From Candidatus Omnitrophota bacterium (GTDB lineage Bacteria > Omnitrophota > Gorgyraeia > Gygaellales > Profunditerraquicolaceae): 64,000 nucleotides of DNA. The position numbers were made by a program, and so were the translations under genes. Below, in pieces: positions 42,539 to 52,907 of the stretch; within the stretch, counting starts at the first letter, position 1; every line of letters starts with the position of its first letter. The DNA is taken from assembly GCA_041651035.1 (NCBI GenBank), contig JBAZKC010000003.1, positions 69,153 through 133,152 of the forward strand, in the 5' to 3' direction. The notes beneath the pieces are model-generated. The model ran no database searches, was not told the DNA's origin, and saw only the letters and a program-made list of their open reading frames with translations.

Positions 42539-42685
42539 GTTATGCGTTATCCCGTCTCGTAAAACACATAAAAATTCTCTTTAGTTTCCTTCGGAAACTT
42601 TGATAATTTTTATGTACTCGGCGGGATAATTCGCGCATATAACTTACGTTGCGCTTCGCACGAACGTAAGTTATGCGCTCATTAA
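42539..42685 (+). repeat. copy B of the repeated structured intergenic element
   Basis: Same motif order as copy A: CTCGTAA, AAAATTCTCTT, AGTTTCC-TTC-GGAAACT hairpin, core TCGGCGGGATAATTCGC (42618-42634). Long 3' hairpin CGCATATAACTTACGTT / AACGTAAGTTATGCG, ending GCTCATTAA. Its 5' boundary GTAAGTTATGCG is a 12/12 direct repeat of the hairpin's right arm. Confidence 0.45.
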
Positions 42686-42693
42686 ATTTTTCC

Positions 42694-42721
42694 TTGACGA
42701 AGCGCGTTTACAGTGTATAAT
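42694..42721 (+). promoter_or_regulatory. sigma70-like promoter with extended -10 (TTGACG-16 nt-TGTATAAT) for the TPR gene
   Basis: TTGACG at 42694-42699, TGTATAAT at 42714-42721, 13 nt before the 42735 start. Confidence 0.5.
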
Positions 42722-42734
42722 ATTTTCAAAACAA

Positions 42735-43538
42735 ATGCCTATTAATTCCTTCCCAGATAGCATAAGAAAAACAGCCATTACACTATTTGTTTTGGGTATT
42801 ACTTCTTTTCTTTACGCCGCGCCGCAGCAGCCGAGCTTGGATTTATCCCGTGATTATGGCTACCCTGACCTGCTTTCTCCACAGGAAGAAAGAGACCTGT
42901 CTAGATTGCAGAAAGAGGCAAGGCTGTATAGGGCTCAGGGGCTGGAATTACAGCATCTGGGTAACATTGATGACGCGTTTACCCTATATCAAAAAGCCGT
43001 AGAGTTGGATCCTTCGTATGCCATAGCTTTTAACGATCTGGGTGTAATATACGAGGCAAGAGGAGCGCTTGAGCAGGCAGAGGAGTGTTATCTAAAGGCC
43101 ATAAATATCGAGCCGGATTATATGAGCGCCTATACGAATCTGGCATTGCTATACGAGAACAAGCGCGATCTTGGCAAGGCTGCCGTTTATTGGCAGAAAA
43201 GGGCGGAGTTAGGTTTACCTAATGATCCCTGGACACAGAAGGCAGAGAAGCGCCTGGAAGACATAAAACTTACTTTATCAAATGATCCTTCCACTGGAAA
43301 TGCCCAGGAACGGGAGGTCATAGAATTATTAAGAGATGTGGCGACGCAGAAGTCCGCTGCCAGGCAGGATGATAAAGGGCTCTCCCGTAACCACTTTGAT
43401 AAAGCAAAAAGGAGTTATCTTAAGGGTGATTACGCGACAGCCATAAAAGAAGCGTTAGATGCCCAGCAGTTGGATCCTTCTAATCGCCAGATCGAAGATT
43501 TTATTGATAAGACCCGGACAAGGGCCTTATCAAAATAA
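42735..43538 (+). CDS. secreted tetratricopeptide-repeat protein
   Basis: Signal peptide. At least 4 TPR units (AFTLYQKAVELDPSYAIAFNDLGVIY..., AEECYLKAINIEPDYMSAYTNLALLY...). Confidence 0.75.
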   Translation: MPINSFPDSIRKTAITLFVLGITSFLYAAPQQPSLDLSRDYGYPDLLSPQEERDLSRLQKEARLYRAQGLELQHLGNIDDAFTLYQKAVELDPSYAIAFNDLGVIYEARGALEQAEECYLKAINIEPDYMSAYTNLALLYENKRDLGKAAVYWQKRAELGLPNDPWTQKAEKRLEDIKLTLSNDPSTGNAQEREVIELLRDVATQKSAARQDDKGLSRNHFDKAKRSYLKGDYATAIKEALDAQQLDPSNRQIEDFIDKTRTRALSK

Positions 43539-43591
43539 GCGAAAGCCACAGGATTTAGCCCTACCATAATTGAAATTCCTAATGTTATTTA

Positions 43592-46126
43592 ATGGGTAAG
43601 AAAATATTGTATCTGATCGATGCCACGGCTTTTTGTTACCGTGCATTTTACGCGCTTCCTAAGTTTTCCACGTCTTTAGGGCAGCCCACAAATGCCGTAT
43701 ATGGATTTTTAAATATTTTAAACAAGATCTTAAAAGAGAAGAAGCCCGAATATTTAGCTGTATGTTTTGATGTCTCCAGGGATACTTTCAGGCAAAAGAA
43801 ATTCGCGGAATACAAGATACAAAGGCCTCCGATGCCCGATGAGCTTTCCAGCCAGATACCCTTGATCAAGCAGATAATCTCAGCTTACAGGATCCCCATA
43901 TTCCAGAAAGAGGGGTTTGAGGCAGACGATATTATCGCTACCATGGCCAGGAAAGCTAAAGAAAAAGGGGTATCTGTGGTCATAGTAAGCTCGGATAAAG
44001 ATATATTGCAGTTAGTAGATGACGATACGTTAGTATTCAGCCCGCATAAAGATGAAGGCGTAGTCTATGACCGCAAAAAGGTATTAGAGCGTTTTGGCGT
44101 CGGCCCGGAAAGAATAACCGATATCATGGCATTAATGGGGGACGCGGTGGATAATATCCCAGGAGTGCCGGGGATCGGAGAGAAAACCGCCCTGCGGTTG
44201 ATCAGCGATTACGGTTCGCTGGAGTCATTATTAAGCAATGTTGATAAGGTAAAGCAGGAAAAACTAAAAAAAGCGATCCGGGATAATACTATTCAGATAA
44301 ATTTGAGCAAAGACCTGGTGGTGTTAAATAAAAATGTGGATGTGGATTTTAACCTGAATGAATTAAAGCCCGTTGAGCCGGATCTTGGAGAGCTGGTCAG
44401 GTTATTTAAACAGTTAGAGTTTAAGCGCTTCTTAAATGAATTACCCCAGGAGGAACATAGCCTGGAGAATAAAGAGTTAACTGAATTGGAAGATCAGGAA
44501 CTAAAAGGCATGATGGGCCAGTGTGAGGAATTGGCCTTATATGGCTCGGTTCCGCAAGACCTGGTGTTTTACGCGAAGGATAAGTTCTTTAAGGTAAATG
44601 GGCCAGGCGAGAACCTGAAAAACATATTACAGGATCCCGGGGTAAAGAAGATAGGCCATAACCTTAAGAAAATAAAAACATCTCTGGCGAAAGAGGGTAT
44701 CGGCCTTAAGGGATTATATTTTGATACTATGATCGCCGCCTACCTGCTTAACCCCTCCAAGCCGGAATACGGCTTAGAGGATATAGCATGGGATTATTTG
44801 GATATCTCCACGGGCGAGGTTATCGGTAATCAGAGAGCTGTAGAATTAATAATACAATTGCGGCCGAAATTAGAAAAAGAACTGCGGGAAAAATCGCTAT
44901 CCAGCCTTTTTACCGGCCTGGAAATGCCGCTGGTTGAGGTATTGGCGGAAATGGAAATAAACGGCATAAAGTTGGACTTAAAGATAATAAAGGAACTTTC
45001 CAGAGACATAGAGAAAAGGCTGATAAAATTAATTGAAGATATTTACGATATGAGCGGAACCCAATTCAATATAAATTCTCCGAAACAATTAAGGGAGATC
45101 CTGTTTGAGAAGTTAAAGCTGCCGGTGGTCAAGAAAAGTAAGACCGGCCCATCTACAGATGAAGAGGTGTTAAGGAGCCTGGCGGATAAACATAAATTAC
45201 CCGCGCTGCTGTTAGAATACCGCCAGTTAATGAAATTAAAAACTACCTATGTGGATACTTTCCCCGGATTGGTAGACAAACAGACAGACAGGATACATAC
45301 TTCTTTTAACCAGACAGGGACAGGGACCGGAAGGCTTAGTTCCAGTAATCCTAACTTGCAGAATATCCCCATAAAAACAGAGATCGGGAAGAACTTAAGG
45401 CGGGCGATAATCTCTTCGGGGCCGGATAATTATCTTTTATCCTGTGATTATTCGCAGATAGAATTAAGGATCCTGGCTCATCTGTCTAAAGACGAGAGCC
45501 TGATCTTGGCTTTTAAGAAAGACAATGATATCCATCGTTTAACCGCCAGTTTAATCTACGGTTTGCCTGAGCCGGACATCACCGATACAATGCGGGAGAC
45601 CGCCAAGAGAGTTAATTTCGGTATAGTCTACGGCCTCACCTCGTACGGATTAAGCCGCGACTTAGGAATATATGTTGACCAGGCCCAGGGGTTTATTGAC
45701 GCCTATTTCTTAAGGTATCCTAAGGTAAAAGAATATATCCAGGAGCAGATATCCAAAGCCCAGAAAGACGGTTTTGTAACTACTCTACTGGGAAGAAGGA
45801 GATATATTCCGGAGATCAGTAATAAAAATCAGGGTATGCGGCAGTTTGCCGAGCGCCAGGCGGTGAATACTCCTATACAGGGCTCGGCTTCCGACTTGAT
45901 AAAATTAGCGATGGTTAAGATACACGAACAGATATATGCAGGGAAGTTACGGGCGAAGATGATACTCCAGATCCACGACGAATTAGTATTTGATGTAAGC
46001 AAGCAGGAGTTGGCGGGATTAGCGCGGTTAGTTAAAGACAGGATGGAAAATGTGTTAGAACTGGATGTCCCTGTCAAGGTAGATATGAAGTTCGGCCTTA
46101 ATTGGCTGGAGTTATCATCCTATTGA
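43592..46126 (+). CDS. polA: DNA polymerase I
   Basis: 5'-3' exonuclease N-terminus ILYLIDATAFCYRAFYAL. Pol A motifs DYSQIELRILAHLS, RRxAKxxNFGIxYG, QIHDELVF. 844 aa. Confidence 0.95.
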   Translation: MGKKILYLIDATAFCYRAFYALPKFSTSLGQPTNAVYGFLNILNKILKEKKPEYLAVCFDVSRDTFRQKKFAEYKIQRPPMPDELSSQIPLIKQIISAYRIPIFQKEGFEADDIIATMARKAKEKGVSVVIVSSDKDILQLVDDDTLVFSPHKDEGVVYDRKKVLERFGVGPERITDIMALMGDAVDNIPGVPGIGEKTALRLISDYGSLESLLSNVDKVKQEKLKKAIRDNTIQINLSKDLVVLNKNVDVDFNLNELKPVEPDLGELVRLFKQLEFKRFLNELPQEEHSLENKELTELEDQELKGMMGQCEELALYGSVPQDLVFYAKDKFFKVNGPGENLKNILQDPGVKKIGHNLKKIKTSLAKEGIGLKGLYFDTMIAAYLLNPSKPEYGLEDIAWDYLDISTGEVIGNQRAVELIIQLRPKLEKELREKSLSSLFTGLEMPLVEVLAEMEINGIKLDLKIIKELSRDIEKRLIKLIEDIYDMSGTQFNINSPKQLREILFEKLKLPVVKKSKTGPSTDEEVLRSLADKHKLPALLLEYRQLMKLKTTYVDTFPGLVDKQTDRIHTSFNQTGTGTGRLSSSNPNLQNIPIKTEIGKNLRRAIISSGPDNYLLSCDYSQIELRILAHLSKDESLILAFKKDNDIHRLTASLIYGLPEPDITDTMRETAKRVNFGIVYGLTSYGLSRDLGIYVDQAQGFIDAYFLRYPKVKEYIQEQISKAQKDGFVTTLLGRRRYIPEISNKNQGMRQFAERQAVNTPIQGSASDLIKLAMVKIHEQIYAGKLRAKMILQIHDELVFDVSKQELAGLARLVKDRMENVLELDVPVKVDMKFGLNWLELSSY

Positions 46127-46200
46127 TCTTTATTTAAGCTTAATCAATTGCTCCTGGCATCCTCGTAGGATGCGAAAAGGGGCTCATCTAAGGAGGTAGA

Positions 46201-47595
46201 ATGAAGATTCTTTTAGCCGCATCTGAGATTGTGCCTTTTGCCAAGACCGGAGGCTTAGCAGACGTAGCAGGGGCCTTACCCTTAGCATTGGAAGACTTAG
46301 GGCATGAGGTAATCGTAGCTGTCCCTAAATATAAGGTTATCCAGTCTTTTAAAGGACAGGAGCAGATCAAAAAAACGAAGTCCGGTATCCCCTACTATAT
46401 TATCGGAAGCAATATTAAGGTATATTTTATCGAGAATGACCAATATTTTAACCGCGACGGCTTATACGGCGATAAGGCCGGAGACTTCGCGGATAATTTA
46501 GACAGGTTCTCTTATTATTGCGATGCCGCGTTAAAGTTATTGAAAGAAATAAAATTCAAGCCGGATATTGTCCACGTGCATGATTGGCAGGCGTCGCTGA
46601 TCCCGGTATATTTAAAAACCCGCTACGCCAATGACGATTTTTATAAGGGTATAAAGACAATATTGACTATACATAATATTGGTTACCAGGGCTTGTTCGC
46701 CCGCGAGGAATTCTCCAAGCTGGGCTTAGACTGGAGCCTGTTTAACATAGAAGGTTTTGAGTTTTACGGCAAGATAAATATCTTAAAGGCCGGTATGGAA
46801 TTTTGCGATTATATAAATACGGTAAGCCCCACATACAGCAAAGAAATACAGACAGAAGAATTCGGTTTCGGACTGGAGGGGGTTTTAAATAAACGCCGCG
46901 ACTGCGTCTTTGGTATATTAAACGGGCTGGATTATTCTATCTGGAATTCCCGGGATGATAAATTCATCGTGAAGAATTATTCCCTTGAGGATATCCAGAA
47001 TAAATATAAGAATAAAGAAGACCTGCAGGCATTTTGCAAACTCCCGGTAAAGATGGATATTCCGGTCTTTGGTATTGTATCCAGGTTAGCCGAGCAGAAA
47101 GGGTTTGACATATTAGCCGAAGCCATAGATACCATATGTAAAATGGGCTTACAATTGGTGATCTTAGGCACGGGCGACCAGAAATATCATAAGATCCTGG
47201 AAGATATCGTAAAAAAATACCCCAAGGTGATCTCTCTGCACTTAAAATTCGACGATTCTTTGGCGCATAAGATATACGCGGGTTCGGACATATTCCTTAT
47301 GCCTTCTAAATATGAGCCTTGCGGTTTAGGCCAATTGATCAGCCTTAAATACGGCACGATCCCATTGGTATTTAAGACCGGAGGCTTAGCCGACACGGTA
47401 AATAATGACAACGGGTTTATATTCGACCGTTACAGCAGCGATGAGTTGGTCAAGACCATGAAGACGGCGATCGCGGCGTTTAAGGACAAGAAAAAATGGC
47501 GCGCGTTAGTGGTGGCCGCGATGAAATGCAATTATTCCTGGGAAGGCTCAGCTAAGAAATACGTGCAGTTGTATGAAAAGGCGAAAGCAAAATAA
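46201..47595 (+). CDS. glgA: glycogen synthase (ADP-glucose type, GT5)
   Basis: N-terminus MKILLAASEIVPFAKTGGLADVAGALPLAL. 464 aa. Confidence 0.9.
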   Translation: MKILLAASEIVPFAKTGGLADVAGALPLALEDLGHEVIVAVPKYKVIQSFKGQEQIKKTKSGIPYYIIGSNIKVYFIENDQYFNRDGLYGDKAGDFADNLDRFSYYCDAALKLLKEIKFKPDIVHVHDWQASLIPVYLKTRYANDDFYKGIKTILTIHNIGYQGLFAREEFSKLGLDWSLFNIEGFEFYGKINILKAGMEFCDYINTVSPTYSKEIQTEEFGFGLEGVLNKRRDCVFGILNGLDYSIWNSRDDKFIVKNYSLEDIQNKYKNKEDLQAFCKLPVKMDIPVFGIVSRLAEQKGFDILAEAIDTICKMGLQLVILGTGDQKYHKILEDIVKKYPKVISLHLKFDDSLAHKIYAGSDIFLMPSKYEPCGLGQLISLKYGTIPLVFKTGGLADTVNNDNGFIFDRYSSDELVKTMKTAIAAFKDKKKWRALVVAAMKCNYSWEGSAKKYVQLYEKAKAK

Positions 47596-48223
47596 AAAAC
47601 AGATTATCCTGGGGCTTACCGGCAGTTTTGGCAGCGGTAAGACCACGGTTGCCGGTATGTTTAGGTCTCTGGGCGCCTATATCATAGACGCCGACAGCCT
47701 GGCGCATGGCTGCTTAAAGCCGGGAGGGCCAGGTTATAAAAAAATAATCAACGCGTTCGGCAAGGGTATCCTTTGCGGGAATAAAACCATTGACCGTAAG
47801 CAATTAGCCAGGGTGGTATTCAATAACAGGCCCCTGTTATTGAAACTAAACGGTATCATACATCCGCAGGTTATCAGAGCCATAGGGAATAAAATAAGAT
47901 CCCTAAAGGCAGGGGTTATCGTTTTAGATGCCCCTCTTTTGTTTGAGGCCGGTTTAAATAAGGCCGTAGATAAAATAATCGTAGTAAAAACAAACAGGAA
48001 AGAACAAGTCAAAAGGATCTATAGCAAGGGTTTATTTACTAAGGCGGATATTTTAAAACGTATCAAATCCCAGATTCCCCTGGCGCGAAAATCGCGTTTA
48101 GCGGATTTTATAATAGACAATAATGGTACGATACAGGAAACCAGGAAACAAGCAGCAGATATTTGGAAATCTCTTGCGGCCGTAAAGCGGGTAGGCGGCT
48201 TCCGGGGATCAATCCGCCCCTGA
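47573..48223 (+). CDS. coaE: dephospho-CoA kinase
   Basis: ILGLTGSFGSGKTTVA P-loop and IIDADSLAH. Confidence 0.85.
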   Translation: MKRRKQNKKQIILGLTGSFGSGKTTVAGMFRSLGAYIIDADSLAHGCLKPGGPGYKKIINAFGKGILCGNKTIDRKQLARVVFNNRPLLLKLNGIIHPQVIRAIGNKIRSLKAGVIVLDAPLLFEAGLNKAVDKIIVVKTNRKEQVKRIYSKGLFTKADILKRIKSQIPLARKSRLADFIIDNNGTIQETRKQAADIWKSLAAVKRVGGFRGSIRP

Positions 48224-48252
48224 TCTTTAGCGGGCTCATTTAGGAGGATGAC

Positions 48253-49509
48253 GTGGAAAAGTTAGACATCGGTAAATTAAAAGAAATGAAGATCACGGAG
48301 TTAAACAAATTAGCCAAGGAATTAAATACCAACGGGGTAAGCGGGCTGAAGAAGCAGGATCTGATCTTCAGGATACTGCAAGCCCAGGCGGAAAGGGAAG
48401 GGCTTATGTTCGGGGAGGGCGTTTTAGAGATACTGCCTGAGGGGTTCGGTTTCTTGCGCAGCCCGAATTACAATTACCTGCCCTGCCCGGATGATATTTA
48501 TATTTCTCCATCGCAAATAAGGAAGTTTGATCTAAGGACGGGAGATACCGTAAGCGGCCAGATCCGTCCGCCCAAAGAAGGGGAGAAATATTTCGCCCTG
48601 CTTAAGGTCGAGGCGGTAAATTTTGAGAATCCCGAGGACGTAAAAGAGAAAGTGCTCTTTGATAATCTTACCCCCATATATCCAAACGGCCCGTTTATTT
48701 TAGAGACGAAGCCGGAAGAGATGTCCATGCGGGTGATGAGCCTGCTTACTCCTATAGGAAAGGGCCAGCGCGGCCTTATTGTCGCCCAGCCTTACAGCGG
48801 CAAAACAGTACTGCTGCAGAAGATCGCCAATGCCATAACCGGCAATAACCCCGACGTAGTATTGATCGTGCTTTTGATAGATGAACGCCCGGAAGAGGTT
48901 ACCGATATGCAGAGGAATGTTAAGGGTGAAGTAATATCATCTACATTCGACGAAGCTCCGGAAAGGCACGTGCAGGTAGCAGAAATTGTCCTGGAAAAAG
49001 CAAAGAGGCTTGTGGAGCACAAGAGGGATGTGGTGGTCCTTCTGGATAGTATAACCCGGCTGGCGCGCGCGTATAATTCAGTAATGCCTCACAGCGGCAA
49101 GGTATTATCCGGAGGCATAGATTCAAACGCGTTACAAAAGCCAAAGCGGTTTTTCGGCGCTGCCCGAGCGGTAGAGGAAGGCGGCAGCCTCACCATAATC
49201 GCCACGGCACTGGTGGAAACCGGCAGCCGCATGGATGATGTAATATTCGAAGAATTCAAAGGCACGGGTAATATGGAATTGCAGCTTGACAGGAATCTAT
49301 TCCAGCGCAGGATCTATCCGGCTATAGATATCAAGCGTTCCAATACCCGCCATGAAGAATTGCTGGTAAAACCGGATCAGCTGCAGAGGATCTGGATATT
49401 AAGGAAGGTATTGAATGAACTAAGTAACGTGGAGGCAATGGAGCTTTTGATTGACAAATTGTCCAAGACAAAGAATAATGATGAGTTCTTAAATAGCATG
49501 AATCAATAA
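48253..49509 (+). CDS. rho: transcription termination factor Rho (GTG start)
   Basis: N-terminal domain [16 protein letters not shown], cold-shock-like RNA-binding GFGFLR, ATPase region. 418 aa. Confidence 0.95.
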   Translation: MEKLDIGKLKEMKITELNKLAKELNTNGVSGLKKQDLIFRILQAQAEREGLMFGEGVLEILPEGFGFLRSPNYNYLPCPDDIYISPSQIRKFDLRTGDTVSGQIRPPKEGEKYFALLKVEAVNFENPEDVKEKVLFDNLTPIYPNGPFILETKPEEMSMRVMSLLTPIGKGQRGLIVAQPYSGKTVLLQKIANAITGNNPDVVLIVLLIDERPEEVTDMQRNVKGEVISSTFDEAPERHVQVAEIVLEKAKRLVEHKRDVVVLLDSITRLARAYNSVMPHSGKVLSGGIDSNALQKPKRFFGAARAVEEGGSLTIIATALVETGSRMDDVIFEEFKGTGNMELQLDRNLFQRRIYPAIDIKRSNTRHEELLVKPDQLQRIWILRKVLNELSNVEAMELLIDKLSKTKNNDEFLNSMNQ

Positions 49510-49526
49510 ACTACAGGAGGATAAAA

Positions 49527-49727
49527 ATGAAAGACAAGATTCATCCTAATTATAAAGAAAGCACGATTGTCTGCGCCTGCGGCGAGACAATACATACCCG
49601 TTCTACCAAACCGAGTATCCGGGTGGAAATATGTTCAAAGTGCCATCCGTTTTTCACGGGTAAGCAGAAATTCGTGGATTCTGCCGGGCGCGTGGATAAG
49701 TTTATGAAGAAATACGCTAAGAAATAA
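49527..49727 (+). CDS. rpmE: 50S ribosomal protein L31 (zinc-binding type)
   Basis: 66 aa. CxCG ... CSKCH zinc ribbon, [10 protein letters not shown]-terminus. Confidence 0.9.
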   Translation: MKDKIHPNYKESTIVCACGETIHTRSTKPSIRVEICSKCHPFFTGKQKFVDSAGRVDKFMKKYAKK

Positions 49728-49761
49728 AAACCCCTAACAGGGCCAGCGGCGCTGGCACTTT

Positions 49762-50847
49762 ATGAAAAAAATGTTTGAACAACTGCAGAAGTTAGAGACG
49801 CGTTATGAGGAATTAGAACACCTCCTGGCCTCCTACGAGAGCGTTTCCGATAAGGAAGAGTATAATAAAAACGCCAAGGAGCTGTCCAGCCTTAAGGAAC
49901 CTGTATCTTTGTTCCGGGAATACAAAAACGTATCTAAAGAAACAAGCGACCTGGAGGCTGTGCTGAAAGAAAAGCACGATAAAGAATTCATAGAATTAGC
50001 CAAACAGGAGCTTAGGGAACTGGAAACCAAAAGGCAGGATCTAGAGCAGAGGCTGAAAGTTATTTTAGCAGGCGAGGATGAGGACGCGGGCAGGGACATA
50101 ATCGTAGAAGTAAGGCAGGGGACAGGAGGCGATGAGGCGGGATTATTTGTTGCCGACCTTTACCGTATGTATGCCAAATACGCCGTAAGCAAAGGATGGG
50201 ATGTGGAATTGATGTTTTCGAGCCCAACAGAGGCCGGAGGTTTTAAAGAAGCGGTTTTTAGCGTTAAAGGGAAAGATGCCTGCAGGAGGCTTAAGTTTGA
50301 AAGCGGGGTGCACCGCGTCCAGCGGGTCCCGGAGACAGAGGCGCAGGGCCGTATCCATACCTCGACAGCTACGGTAGCGGTATTAATAGAGCCTGAAGAA
50401 GTTGACCTGGTCATCGAGCCAAAGGATTTAAGAATAGATACCTATAGGTCATCGGGGCCCGGCGGCCAGCATATGCAGAAGACTGATTCCGCCGTCAGGA
50501 TCACGCATATCCCTACCGGCGTGGTAGTCGCCTGCCAGGATGAACGCTCGCAGACAAAGAATAAGAACAAGGCATTGAGGATCCTGCGCGCCAGGCTGCT
50601 TGATGCCAAGAAGATAGAAGACTCCAGAAAACTTTCGCAGGAAAGGAAGAGCCAGATAGGCTCAGGAGACCGCAGCGAGAAGATCCGCACTTATAACTTT
50701 CCCGACCGCAGGGTAACAGACCACCGTATAAATTTTACATCACATAGATTAGAGGGGATACTTGAAGGCGATATGGATGAACTTTCAGACGCCCTGTTAA
50801 AAGCGGATCAAGAAAAGAAAGAGGAGCAGCCAAGTGAACGAGGCTGA
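49762..50847 (+). CDS. prfA: peptide chain release factor 1
   Basis: GGQ motif SGPGGQHMQKTDSAVRITHIPTG. 361 aa. Confidence 0.9.
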   Translation: MKKMFEQLQKLETRYEELEHLLASYESVSDKEEYNKNAKELSSLKEPVSLFREYKNVSKETSDLEAVLKEKHDKEFIELAKQELRELETKRQDLEQRLKVILAGEDEDAGRDIIVEVRQGTGGDEAGLFVADLYRMYAKYAVSKGWDVELMFSSPTEAGGFKEAVFSVKGKDACRRLKFESGVHRVQRVPETEAQGRIHTSTATVAVLIEPEEVDLVIEPKDLRIDTYRSSGPGGQHMQKTDSAVRITHIPTGVVVACQDERSQTKNKNKALRILRARLLDAKKIEDSRKLSQERKSQIGSGDRSEKIRTYNFPDRRVTDHRINFTSHRLEGILEGDMDELSDALLKADQEKKEEQPSERG

Positions 50848-51649
50848 GCTTCTATTTACTGAAGTATTAAATTGCGATAGGCTGTCTTTATTCTTAAACA
50901 AAGGGTCTTGTTTAGATAAAGATAAGTCAGCTTATATAGCTTCGGTCTTAAAAAGAAGGTCCGCGGGCGAACCGATCCAATACATTTTGGGCAAGGCAGA
51001 ATTTATGGGGCTGGAGTTTAAAGTAAATAAAGATACGCTCATACCGCGTCCTGAAACGGAGATCTTAGTTGAAGAAACTTTAGAAGCCGCCCGAGAGTTC
51101 TTAATGCCCCCGAGGGATCGCGGATTGAATATGCTGGATATGGGGACAGGCTCCGGTTGTATTGCTGTATCCCTGGCTAAGCTTATGCCCAAAGTAAAGA
51201 TAGATGCCGTGGATATATCGGAAAAAGCGTTAAAGACAGCCGGAGAAAACGCCAGGTCAAACAGCGTTATTGAAAATATCAAGTTTATTCAGAGTGACCT
51301 GTTTACGAATCGCAGATTACGGTTTATGAATTACGATATGATCATAAGCAACCCTCCATATGTGGCTACCGCCGAAATTGGTGATCTACAGCCGGAGATA
51401 AAGCATGAACCGGTTATTTCTTTAGACGGAGGTAAAAGAGGGTTAGACTTTTATCGCAGGATAATAGCAGAAGCGCCGGATTACTTAAAGGATGGCGGGT
51501 TCCTGATCATGGAGATGGGATTTAAACAAAAGGACAGTATAAAAGAAATTTTCCAAAAATCCGGATATTTTGAGATAATAAGGATTGCTAAGGATTATAA
51601 TAATATAGACAGGGTAATAACCGCAAGAATTATAAATAGAAATGGATAA
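50834..51649 (+). CDS. prmC: release factor glutamine N5-methyltransferase
   Basis: SAM motif LDMGTGSGCIA and NPPY (IISNPPYV). Confidence 0.9.
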   Translation: MNEAELLFTEVLNCDRLSLFLNKGSCLDKDKSAYIASVLKRRSAGEPIQYILGKAEFMGLEFKVNKDTLIPRPETEILVEETLEAAREFLMPPRDRGLNMLDMGTGSGCIAVSLAKLMPKVKIDAVDISEKALKTAGENARSNSVIENIKFIQSDLFTNRRLRFMNYDMIISNPPYVATAEIGDLQPEIKHEPVISLDGGKRGLDFYRRIIAEAPDYLKDGGFLIMEMGFKQKDSIKEIFQKSGYFEIIRIAKDYNNIDRVITARIINRNG

Positions 51650-52907
51650 GCTGATTATTGAAGGCGGGATAAAACTTAAAGGCGAGGTAACAGTTTCGGG
51701 CGCTAAGAACGCGGTATTGCCGATACTGGCGGCGACATTATTGACTGATGATGCCTGTATAATTAAAGGTGTGCCCAACCTGCGCGATACCAATACCATG
51801 CTTAAGATCTTGCGTTCGTTGGGCAAGAACGCGGATATGGAGAAAGGCGTAGCAGTAGTCTCATCAGGAACCAGGAACATAAATCACATCGCTGACTATA
51901 AGCTTGTCTCTACGATGCGCGCCTCTTTCTGTGTTTTAGGCCCGTTAATAGGTAAACTCAGGAAAGCAAAGGTCTCTTTGCCGGGAGGATGTATTATAGG
52001 TGTCAGGCCCGTAGACCTGCATATCAAAGGCCTGGAAGCCCTGGGCGTGGATATTGATATAGAGGCCGGTTATGTAGTAGCAAAAGCGGATAAGCTTAAA
52101 GGCGCGTATATGTATTTAGGCGGTGTTTACGGTTCATCGGTCCTGGCTACGGATAACGTGATGATGGCAGCGGTATTAGCCAAGGGCAAGACCATAATAG
52201 AATCCGCGGCTTGCGAACCTGAGGTCCAGGACTTGGCGGAATTCCTGATAAAAATGGGCGCTAAGATCAAAGGCCACGGCACGCCGGTCATAGAAATTGA
52301 AGGCGTAAAGCACCTGCATGGAGCGACTCATACCATAATCCCCGACAGGATAGAGGCAGGCACATTAATGATAGCCGCTTTGATCACCCGCGGCGATATC
52401 CTCATAAAGAACATTCTGCCCCAGCACCTGGGAGCGGTAATTGATAAATTGCAAGAAGCAGGCGCCTGTATAACCAGGACAGATACATCCATGCGGGTGC
52501 GTTATAAGAAGCAGCTTAAGCCCGTCAATATTACTACGCTTCCTTATCCGGGTTTTCCCACGGATATGCAGGCGCAGATCATGGGTTTAATGAGCGTAAC
52601 TGGCGGTATAAGCGTGATTAACGAAAAGATCTATCCCGACAGGTTCATGCATGTGGCTGAACTCAACCGTATGGGCGCGCATATCCAGCGGGAAGGGCCT
52701 CATGCTATTATAGAAGGCGTAAAAAGTTTATCCGGAGCTCCGGTTATGGCCTCAGACCTGCGCGCATCCGCTTGCCTGGTCTTAGCAGGGCTGGCTTCAA
52801 GCGGTAAGACTTCGATATCCAGGATTTACCACTTAGAGCGGGGATATGAGAACATCGGAGAGAAGTTAGAAAAGTTAGGTGCCAGGATCGGGAGAGAAAG
52901 AGAATGA
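51642..52907 (+). CDS. murA: UDP-N-acetylglucosamine 1-carboxyvinyltransferase
   Basis: [23 protein letters not shown]-terminus, active-site C in [15 protein letters not shown]. 421 aa. Confidence 0.95.
   Translation: MDKLIIEGGIKLKGEVTVSGAKNAVLPILAATLLTDDACIIKGVPNLRDTNTMLKILRSLGKNADMEKGVAVVSSGTRNINHIADYKLVSTMRASFCVLGPLIGKLRKAKVSLPGGCIIGVRPVDLHIKGLEALGVDIDIEAGYVVAKADKLKGAYMYLGGVYGSSVLATDNVMMAAVLAKGKTIIESAACEPEVQDLAEFLIKMGAKIKGHGTPVIEIEGVKHLHGATHTIIPDRIEAGTLMIAALITRGDILIKNILPQHLGAVIDKLQEAGACITRTDTSMRVRYKKQLKPVNITTLPYPGFPTDMQAQIMGLMSVTGGISVINEKIYPDRFMHVAELNRMGAHIQREGPHAIIEGVKSLSGAPVMASDLRASACLVLAGLASSGKTSISRIYHLERGYENIGEKLEKLGARIGRERE

Noticed and set aside
42787-43002. The alternative-frame + ORFs 42787-43002, 14583-14789, 36227-36427, 36875-37060 and 42142-42327.
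   Set aside because: All are nested in alternative frames of well-supported genes (TPR protein, DUF4912-like, fhs, ACS), with no independent signals.
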